DNA of 22,445 nucleotides from Opitutales bacterium (GTDB lineage Bacteria; Verrucomicrobiota; Verrucomicrobiia; Opitutales; UBA9783): NCBI GenBank assembly GCA_046881885.1, contig JBKSMP010000014.1, positions 1 to 22,445 of the forward strand, read 5' to 3'. Shown piece by piece: positions 16,036 to 22,445 of this stretch (position 1 is its first letter; each line of letters starts with the position of its first letter). The notes under the pieces were generated by a model. It saw only the letters and a program-made list of their open reading frames with translations, ran no database searches and was not told where the DNA came from. The position numbers and the translations under genes were made by a program.

Positions 16036-17586
16036 ATGCTTAACACATCTTTACTCAGTTACGGAACATTTGCTAAAACCTTAACCTTCCCTTTGTTGAA
16101 ATTTATGTCCAAGCCAACCGATTTGAAAACTTTGCTAAAACCTATACGTGTAAAAAAGATTCAAGGTGCAAACTTTAATCCACTTATTCAAAACCTTGCT
16201 TTACATAGTCAATGCGTACAGCCTGGCAGCTTGTTTTTTGTGGTTTCTGGGGCAGAGCATGATGGAGCGGATTTTGTTGATGAAGCCGTATCTAGAGGTG
16301 CTCAAGTTATCGTTACAGAGAAATTGTTTCCACATTTGCGCAATATTTTACAGGTTCAGGTAGAAGATGTTCGAGAAGCAATGAGTAAGGTTGCAAAGGT
16401 ATTTTATGGCGCTCCTGATACAAAGTTAGCTTTAACAGGTGTTACAGGAACGAGTGGTAAAACAACGACTACATGGCTTTTGCAACATATTTATGAAACG
16501 GCTTATGGACAGTCTTCTGGGCTCTTAGGAAGCTTGCATTACAATTTAGGAAAACGTATTCTGCCTGCCTCTAGAACGACTCCTGATGCACTTACTTTAA
16601 CCAGTTACTTGGATGAAATGGTACAGGCGAATTGTTCCCATGCGTTTATGGAAGTTTCGTCGCACGGAATTGATCAAAAACGTGTTGCAGCCTTGGAATT
16701 TAATACTGCCATTTTTACAAACTTAAGTACGGAACACTTGGATTATCATAAATCTATGGAGGCTTATTTTGAAGCTAAAAAGCAGTTGTTTTTGCAGGAA
16801 AACCTCAAAAACGCGGTTGTCAATAGCGATGATCCTTACGGACAAAAACTTTTAAATAGCCTAGATGGATCGGTTAAGGCCGTCACATTTGGGTTGAATG
16901 AAATTGCTGATATACGTGCTCAAAATGTACAATTATCGTTTGAAGGAACATGTTTCGAGTGTATTACGCCGCAAGGAACTTTTTCGGTAACAACCAAGCT
17001 TTTAGGAAAATTTAACGTTTATAATTGTTTAGCAGCTCTTGCTACTTGTTATGCACAAGGAATGGATTTGCAACAAGCCGTAAGTGCATTGGCATCTTTT
17101 GAGCAAGTTCCCGGTCGTTTAGAAGAAGTAAAAATAGCTACAGGTACACAAGTTTTTGTTGATTTTGCACATAAGCCAGAAGCCTTACAAAATATTTTGC
17201 AAACACTTCGTGAGCTTACGAAAAAACGATTGGTGCTTGTATTTGGATGTGGCGGTAATCGTGATCGTGTTAAGCGTCCTTTGATGGGGCAATATGCGCA
17301 ACAATATGCAGATGAAGTTTGGGTTACGAGCGATAACCCTCGAATGGAGTCTCAACAACAGATTTTTGAAGATATTTGTGGTGGTTTGAAGCCTTCCAAC
17401 GTGATCCATTTTGTTGAAGATCGTGCAGAAGCAATCCGTCAGGCATTAGAATTTTGTTCAGCTGATGATTGCTTGGTGATTGCCGGAAAAGGTCATGAGC
17501 AATACCAAGAAATCGGCCAGCAATTTTATCCTTTTGACGATCGAAAAGTTGTAGAAACTTATGATCAATGTTTAAGGCTCAAATGA
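16036..17586 (+). CDS. murE: UDP-MurNAc-L-Ala-D-Glu:meso-diaminopimelate ligase MurE
   Basis: GVTGTSGKTTTT P-loop, Mur ligase middle and C-terminal domains, and a DNPR motif (VTSDNPRMES) typical of DAP-adding enzymes. The true start may be the internal Met at 16108 (MSKPTDLKTLL). Confidence 0.92.
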   Translation: MLNTSLLSYGTFAKTLTFPLLKFMSKPTDLKTLLKPIRVKKIQGANFNPLIQNLALHSQCVQPGSLFFVVSGAEHDGADFVDEAVSRGAQVIVTEKLFPHLRNILQVQVEDVREAMSKVAKVFYGAPDTKLALTGVTGTSGKTTTTWLLQHIYETAYGQSSGLLGSLHYNLGKRILPASRTTPDALTLTSYLDEMVQANCSHAFMEVSSHGIDQKRVAALEFNTAIFTNLSTEHLDYHKSMEAYFEAKKQLFLQENLKNAVVNSDDPYGQKLLNSLDGSVKAVTFGLNEIADIRAQNVQLSFEGTCFECITPQGTFSVTTKLLGKFNVYNCLAALATCYAQGMDLQQAVSALASFEQVPGRLEEVKIATGTQVFVDFAHKPEALQNILQTLRELTKKRLVLVFGCGGNRDRVKRPLMGQYAQQYADEVWVTSDNPRMESQQQIFEDICGGLKPSNVIHFVEDRAEAIRQALEFCSADDCLVIAGKGHEQYQEIGQQFYPFDDRKVVETYDQCLRLK

Positions 17587-18920
17587 AGTATTTTTGTCCA
17601 AACGTACTTCAACAATGGACCGGTGGATATTGGACGCGTTTTCCCAATCAACCGATTACGAACTTTTGTTTTGATACGCGGCAACTAAAGCCCAACGAAT
17701 GTTTTTTAGCTTTACGTTCTGAACATAATGATGGTCATGATTACGTAGATATGGCCGAAGCTTGTGGTGCAGTAGCGGCTTTAGTGGACCATCCTATTGA
17801 AACCTGTTCTTTACCTCAATTAGTCGTTACAAATACCTTAAAAGCCTTTCAGGATATTGCCAAAAACTATCGTAATATTTTAAAAACATGTATCGTAGGG
17901 ATTACGGGAAGTTGTGGTAAAACGACTGCTAAAGAATTGCTTGCATTGCTTTTGGGGCCAGAAACCTTTAAGACGCCAGGTAATTACAATAATCATTTAG
18001 GCTTACCTTTTTCTATAACGCAAATTGATGAAGAAAAACATCCGTTTGCCGTTTTAGAAGTAGGTATTAGCGAACCAGGAGAGATGGAGGGATTAAGCGA
18101 ATTACTACAGCCAGATTTTGCTGTCGTGCTCAATGTAAATCCCGTTCATTTAGAGAATTTTAAAATGCTTGAGGCCATCGTTTGCGAGAAATTGAAATTG
18201 CTTCAAAAGGCTAAAAAGCATGTTTTTTATCCTTGTGAGTGGCGTTCTTATGTACAGCATCCAAATGGTTTTGCTTTTTCATTTAATCAAGAAAGTGGTC
18301 TCGATACGATTGCTTTGGAGCTTAAAATGATACCCGAAGGTTGGCAAATTAAGGTCGATGGTTGTCCATTTCATTTACCTTTTCTTATAGGAGAAAAAAG
18401 CGCCCAAACTTTTGCTCAAGTTTTAGCTGTTGCTTTAAATTTAGGTGTGCCAAAGCATCAGCTTCAAGAAAGTCTTCTTTTGTGGCAACCCTATGCACAA
18501 CGTGGTGTTTGGGTAAAACAATCTGAACGTAAGATTTTTGTGGATTGTTACAATGCTAATCCAGCAGCTTTTTCAGATAGTTTGCAACATTTTTATCGCG
18601 AACTTGATACGTGTAACTTACCAAATACTGCGGTTTGTTACTGTATTGGCAGTATGTTGGAACTAGGGGAGGGGAGTGTTGCCTTTCATCGGGACTTGGC
18701 TAAGCATTTTCGGATAGGACAAAACGATCATTTTATCCTTATCGGTGTTTACAAAGAAGCTTTACAGGATGGTTTTAAAGCGGTTGGTGTTCCAACTTCC
18801 CATATCCATTTAGCCGATGCTATTGCAGAAATTCAAGAGCTTTTTAACAAACTTCCCTGTAACTTTGCTTACCTAAAAGGAAGTCATCGTTATCACCTTG
18901 AGAATTTGATTGCCAACTAA
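17568..18920 (+). CDS. murF: UDP-MurNAc-tripeptide:D-Ala-D-Ala ligase MurF
   Basis: GITGSCGKTTAKE P-loop with Mur ligase architecture, about 450 aa. The ATG at 17583 forms an ATGA overlap with the murE stop and is the more likely start. Confidence 0.9.
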   Translation: MFKAQMKYFCPNVLQQWTGGYWTRFPNQPITNFCFDTRQLKPNECFLALRSEHNDGHDYVDMAEACGAVAALVDHPIETCSLPQLVVTNTLKAFQDIAKNYRNILKTCIVGITGSCGKTTAKELLALLLGPETFKTPGNYNNHLGLPFSITQIDEEKHPFAVLEVGISEPGEMEGLSELLQPDFAVVLNVNPVHLENFKMLEAIVCEKLKLLQKAKKHVFYPCEWRSYVQHPNGFAFSFNQESGLDTIALELKMIPEGWQIKVDGCPFHLPFLIGEKSAQTFAQVLAVALNLGVPKHQLQESLLLWQPYAQRGVWVKQSERKIFVDCYNANPAAFSDSLQHFYRELDTCNLPNTAVCYCIGSMLELGEGSVAFHRDLAKHFRIGQNDHFILIGVYKEALQDGFKAVGVPTSHIHLADAIAEIQELFNKLPCNFAYLKGSHRYHLENLIAN

Positions 18921-18952
18921 GTTTTTTTCTGTTCTTATAAAAGTTACAAACT

Positions 18953-19105
18953 ATGGGAAGTCCTAGAGATATTACGCAGTGCCTTACAGTTCCAAAACCT
19001 AAGCATAGTAAGCATGCACGCGTTCGCAACGGGTTTTTATATGTAACCTATGTTATTTTTGCTGCTTTGCTGATTTCCCAATTCTATTTTTGTTTTGTTT
19101 TATAG
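18953..19105 (+). CDS. Candidate small tail-anchored membrane protein (50 aa), unannotated by the ORF track
   Basis: My translation: MGSPRDITQCLTVPKPKHSKHARVRNGFLYVTYVIFAALLISQFYFCFVL*. A basic N-terminus followed by one C-terminal TM. It lies in the gap between murF and glgA on the same strand. There is no RBS, as for most genes here. Confidence 0.25.
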   Translation: MGSPRDITQCLTVPKPKHSKHARVRNGFLYVTYVIFAALLISQFYFCFVL

Positions 19106-19193
19106 TTATGATTTTTATTTTCCTCTTTTTCTTGCTTCCTAGATAGAGCTTGCCAATTTTAGTAAAACTGGCTATCGTTTTAATAAGAACATA

Positions 19194-20624
19194 ATGAAAA
19201 TTTTAATGGTAAGTCCAGAGTGCTACCCTTTTGCAAAGGTAGGTGGGTTAGGAGATGTTATAGGTGCATTGCCCAAATATTTGAAACAATTAGGGCATGA
19301 TGTACGTATTATTTTGCCTTTATATGGATCTATACAACCACAAGAAGATTGGATTTATTACGATAACATCACCGTTCATTTAGGAAACCATGAACGTTTA
19401 TGTCGTGTTTGGAAATACAGAGAGGATGTTGTTTATTATTTTGTAGACTACCAACAGTATTTTGGTTCAGAAAACGTCTATGCTTGTGACAATAATGGCG
19501 AACGTTTCGCATTTTTTTCACGTGCCGTTTTGGACATTTGCAAAGCATTTGCTTGGATTCCAGATGTTATTCACTGCCACGATTGGACAACAGGACTTCT
19601 TCCGGTTTTTTTAAACACAACTGAAAGGGAATCTAAATTGGGGCAAATAGCTACCGTTTTTACAATCCACAACTTGGAACATCAAGGACTTTTTTCCCCT
19701 GATGTTTTAGCTTATGCAGGCATTCCGTTTTCTGAATATCGATCGGACAGTTTAGAAGCTTTAGGTGCGATTAATTTCATGAAAAGCGCACTATATCACG
19801 CGACGAAATTGACGACCGTTAGCCCTACTTATGCTCAAGAAATTCAAACAAAAGAGCACGGCTGTGGGCTTGATGACGTTCTGCGTTTTAAAGCAGCTGA
19901 TTTGATTGGCATTTTGAACGGTATTGATACTGATTTATGGAATCCAGTTACCGATCCTTTCATTGCGGCTAATTACTCATCTGAAAATCTTTCCGGTAAA
20001 GCTATTTGTAAGCAAGCTTTGCAACGACGATTTGGACTTCCAGAACGCGATGTTCCACTGTTTGGGGTTGTCAGTCGGCTTTACCAGCAAAAAGGTTTGG
20101 ACGTTTTAATGGCCATTTTGCCGCACTTGTTTGAGCATATGGACTTTCAAATCGTGTTTTTAGGAAACGGAGAATTTTCTTGGGAAAGAACGCTGAATTA
20201 TTTAGCTTTTCAATTTCCAGAAAAAATGCGTGTTTATATCGGTTATGATGGCCCTTTAGCACATCAAATCGAGGCTGGATGTGACGTATTTGTGATGCCA
20301 AGTCGGTTTGAACCCTGTGGGCTAAATCAAATGTATTCGATGCGTTACGGAACTTTGCCGCTGGTACGTAAAACAGGTGGATTAGCAGATACTGTCGATA
20401 ATTTAGATGAACAAAGTGGAAAAGGTTGTGGTTTTTGCTTCGACCATCTCACCAATGATGCGCTTTACAACACAATTGGTTGGGCTTGTGCAATTTATTT
20501 TGATAAAAGAAGTATGTTCGAACAAATGCGTCTACAAGCAATGGCCAAAGATTTCACTTGGCATACTTCTGCAAAACAGTACGAATCGGTTTATCAATGG
20601 GCAATTGAACAACGTAGGTATTGA
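19194..20624 (+). CDS. glgA: Glycogen synthase (ADP-glucose type, GT5)
   Basis: 476 aa. MKILMVSPECYPFAKVGGLGDVIGALP N-terminus, HCHDWTTGL, and the PSRFEPCGLNQMYSMRYGTLPLVRKTGGLADTV C-terminal block. Confidence 0.93.
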   Translation: MKILMVSPECYPFAKVGGLGDVIGALPKYLKQLGHDVRIILPLYGSIQPQEDWIYYDNITVHLGNHERLCRVWKYREDVVYYFVDYQQYFGSENVYACDNNGERFAFFSRAVLDICKAFAWIPDVIHCHDWTTGLLPVFLNTTERESKLGQIATVFTIHNLEHQGLFSPDVLAYAGIPFSEYRSDSLEALGAINFMKSALYHATKLTTVSPTYAQEIQTKEHGCGLDDVLRFKAADLIGILNGIDTDLWNPVTDPFIAANYSSENLSGKAICKQALQRRFGLPERDVPLFGVVSRLYQQKGLDVLMAILPHLFEHMDFQIVFLGNGEFSWERTLNYLAFQFPEKMRVYIGYDGPLAHQIEAGCDVFVMPSRFEPCGLNQMYSMRYGTLPLVRKTGGLADTVDNLDEQSGKGCGFCFDHLTNDALYNTIGWACAIYFDKRSMFEQMRLQAMAKDFTWHTSAKQYESVYQWAIEQRRY

Positions 20625-20885
20625 AAGATTTTTTGTAAAAATTTTTTCAATAGAGGGGTGTTACTCGAGCTGAAAGGAACGTAAGAGTTTATAAAATTAT
20701 GCCTCTTGTCTATTTAGGTGGGTTCTCGTGGCAAAACTTTTGTTGTCCTTCCGAAAAGGCATAACAGCCATCTTACTCCGGAGATCCCGTAATATGTATT
20801 CTCAGGATAATTTTATAGACTAAAATTTGCGATCCAATAAGTTCGCACCCCTATAATTTATTCAAAAATTTTTAGAAAATTTGGC

Positions 20886-20911
20886 AATAAAAAAAGCCGA
20901 TTTTATCGGCC
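20886..20911 (-). terminator. Intrinsic terminator of the FKBP (mip-like) gene
   Basis: The minus strand reads GCCGA-TAAAA-TCGGC followed by TTTTTTTATT (the plus-strand stem arms are GCCGA 20896-20900 and TCGGC 20906-20910). It lies 24 nt after the stop at 20935. Confidence 0.65.
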
Positions 20912-20934
20912 TTCTTTATCGGATAAATGGATTC

Positions 20935-21777
20935 TTATTTTTTGCTATCCTCAAGCTTTTTGTTGTCTTCTGGAGAATTTGCTTTATTAACTTTTACCAA
21001 TTCAACTTCAAAAATGAGACGTGAACCTGCAGGAATACTTGGAATATCATATTCTCCGTAGGCTAAGCTATCGGGGATGTAGAGCACAATTTTACCGCCT
21101 TGACCCACAAGTTGCAAACCTTCTTTAATTCCTGCAACAACACCGTTTAATGGGAAAGTAATGGCTTTTTCTTTGGATTCGTCGAAAACCTTACCGTCAA
21201 TTGTCTTACCGATATAAAGGATTTCAACCGTATCTACTTCAGTAGCTTTTACATTTACATCACCTTCAGAGATGATTTCATAGCTTAAACCAGATGTGGT
21301 TGTTTTTATTTTGTTATTCTTTTTTAACAAAGCTTGCATGAATTCATCGCCAGCTTTTCTATTTTTTTCTGCAGTTATTTTCATTTGTTCTTGATGAATT
21401 TTCTCATAAGCAGTAGCTTTTTGTTGAAGGAACTTTTGCATATCTTCAACTTGCTCGCCTAACTTTTGTGGTGCCTCTTTGCCTTCTGCGGCAACTTTGG
21501 CCCCTTTTAGAAAACTTTCAATTTCTTTGGCATTAAGCCCTAAATTGCGAACCCCACTTTGCATAAAAGTGATCCAGCCATACGTTTCCAAAAACGCGGC
21601 TTGTTCTGCTTCTGTATAAACTTTTTCAGTTTCTTTAGGGGCAGCGACTTCCTTGATAGGAGCTGCTTGTTGCGCTGGGTTTACTGCAGCATCCGCTGCT
21701 TTTTCAATTTCGGCATTCATAATTTGCGTGCCTAACATAATGGAGGTTCCTATACTTAATTGCCTAACTAGCTTCAT
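20935..21777 (-). CDS. FKBP-type peptidyl-prolyl cis-trans isomerase with N-terminal dimerisation domain (Mip/FkpA-like)
   Basis: 280 aa. Signal-like N-terminus and a long helical FKBP_N-like region. C-terminal FKBP core: VEILYIGKTIDGKVFDES, FPLNGVVAGIKEGLQLVGQGGKIVLYIPDSLAYGE, IPAGSRLIFEVELVKV. Confidence 0.9.
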   Translation of the reverse strand: MKLVRQLSIGTSIMLGTQIMNAEIEKAADAAVNPAQQAAPIKEVAAPKETEKVYTEAEQAAFLETYGWITFMQSGVRNLGLNAKEIESFLKGAKVAAEGKEAPQKLGEQVEDMQKFLQQKATAYEKIHQEQMKITAEKNRKAGDEFMQALLKKNNKIKTTTSGLSYEIISEGDVNVKATEVDTVEILYIGKTIDGKVFDESKEKAITFPLNGVVAGIKEGLQLVGQGGKIVLYIPDSLAYGEYDIPSIPAGSRLIFEVELVKVNKANSPEDNKKLEDSKK

Positions 21778-21888
21778 AAAAAAATTGTCTATAAATTTGG
21801 TCCTTACGTCAATTCAATTTTGAGTAAATCTTTAGTTTGGAATTTGAGAAAAATTTTGAGGACTTAAAAAGAGTGCTTATGTTGCAAA

Positions 21889-21942
21889 TTCAAAAATTTT
21901 TATAAAAAATGACTTGCCAAGTATTGAAAAATCCACTTTTAT
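21889..21942 (+). promoter_or_regulatory. Candidate tRNA-Leu promoter with an UP-element-like A/T tract
   Basis: TTCAAAAATTTTTATAAAAAA (A/T tract) lies upstream of TTGCCA (21914-21919). A 17-nt spacer follows, then TTTTAT (21937-21942), then 27 nt to the mature tRNA 5' end. Confidence 0.4.
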
Positions 21943-21969
21943 GAGTTTTAGATCTTTATTATTATAAGT

Positions 21970-22056
21970 GCCTGGATGGCGGAATTGGCAGACGCGCTGG
22001 ACTCAAAATCCAGTTCTTTCACGAGAGTGAGGGTTCGACCCCCTCTCCAGGTACCA
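21970..22056 (+). tRNA. tRNA-Leu (anticodon CAA), class II with long variable arm, CCA encoded
   Basis: Acceptor stem GCCTGGA/TCCAGGT (G1:U72 wobble). D arm GCG-GAATTGGCAGA-CGC. Anticodon stem-loop CTGGA-CTCAAAA-TCCAG. Long variable arm. T arm GAGGG-TTCGACC-CCCTC. Discriminator A followed by CCA. Confidence 0.93.
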
Positions 22057-22358
22057 GAAATATCTTGAGAAGCTAAATTTTCGAGCATAAAAGATATGTT
22101 AAAGCATTAAGTTTTTAGGAAAGTTCAAAAAATTTTTTATATATTTAAATTTAATAAGCTTTTCAAGAGTTAGATTAAAGGTCTGTTAGGTGACTTAATT
22201 ATTTAAGGCCTTAAAATTTTGGTATGATTGTTTATATTTGAATTGATATTTATTTCAAGTTTTATTATTTTTTGCTTTTCACCTATTGATTTTCCAAAAT
22301 TTTCTTAAGATTTTAGCAAAAATGCCGATAGTATAAACTATAGAGCGAGAAATATTTT

Positions 22359-22445
22359 ATGAAAAACAAAATAATTTTAATATTAAGTGGCCTAATAGCG
22401 GTAAATACCACATTAGGAAATATTGGAGGAGAAGAAGATGTGTTT
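22359..22445 (+). CDS. 3'-truncated ORF with a signal-peptide-like N-terminus
   Basis: ATG at 22359 and open to the window end: MKNKIILILSGLIAVNTTLGNIGGEEDVF. Only 29 codons are visible. Confidence 0.3.
   Translation, partial: MKNKIILILSGLIAVNTTLGNIGGEEDVF

Noticed and set aside
20725-20741. TGGCAAAACTTTTGTT as a third sigma-54-like element.
   Set aside because: The spacing is right, but the -12 dinucleotide is GT rather than GC and the -24 box is TGGCAA. It is not followed by any gene.
20700-20800. Possible SRP (4.5S) RNA. GGTTCTC..., a CCGAAAAGG apical loop and AACAGCCA on the plus strand, and CGGAAGGA on the minus strand, superficially resemble the E. coli 4.5S domain IV.
   Set aside because: Neither strand has both a properly closed GNRA tetraloop and the conserved AGG / AGCAGCC symmetric-loop nucleotides. 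On the plus strand the GAAA loop would be closed by a C-A mismatch. On the minus strand C-GGAA-G can close, but the flanking AGG and AGCAGCC loop nucleotides are missing. The helices I could draw do not reproduce the SRP fold. I kept the region only as an unassigned candidate RNA.
22057-22358. AT-rich stretch downstream of tRNA-Leu as a possible genomic-island integration site.
   Set aside because: No direct repeat of the tRNA 3' end, no integrase and no other mobile gene is visible within the remaining 390 bp. This cannot be assessed from the window.

Overview
AT-rich bacterial chromosomal window with housekeeping genes on both flanks of one accessory block.

**Gene order, left to right**
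- A 5'-truncated, low-complexity Q/N/T-rich ORF.
- A tightly packed plus-strand run: tandem-USP, enolase, a divergent FtsZ and a prepilin-type protein.
- A convergent RluA-family pseudouridine synthase.
- A heavily decayed IS30-family transposase.
- A 2-Cys peroxiredoxin with extra cysteines.
- A minus-strand accessory block (7977-12537) of six unrecognised secreted or membrane proteins.
- The 5' part of a dcw cluster (mraZ-rsmH-ftsL-ftsI-murE-murF), preceded by a textbook-looking MraZ box array. It stops after murF instead of continuing with mraY.
- glgA, then about 260 bp of unexplained convergent intergenic DNA, a Mip/FkpA-type FKBP isomerase, tRNA-Leu(CAA), and a 3'-truncated signal-peptide ORF.

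**Most interesting region: the accessory block**
- Two secreted helical proteins are each preceded by a paralogous cassette of about 52 bp. Each cassette carries an exact-geometry sigma-54 -24/-12 element only 13 nt from the ATG.
- Downstream lies a translationally coupled set of four genes:
  - a mini AsmA-like anchored protein;
  - a glycine-rich, multi-TM, Inc/translocator-like protein;
  - a SycD/LcrH-like TPR protein;
  - a Sec-signal LRR protein.
- I read this as a candidate host-interaction or secretion-substrate module. That is inference only; no secretion machinery is visible in this window.

**Other points**
- The FtsZ homologue has a degenerate T1 loop and degenerate T7 catalytic residues.
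- Shine-Dalgarno motifs are almost absent, and several promoters sit at leaderless distance from the ATG.
- Gene content hints at a PVC-superphylum-like, possibly host-associated organism: FtsZ erosion, a prepilin-type protein, LRR and Inc-like proteins, and a chlamydia-like AhpC and Mip. This taxonomic guess is not verifiable from the sequence alone.
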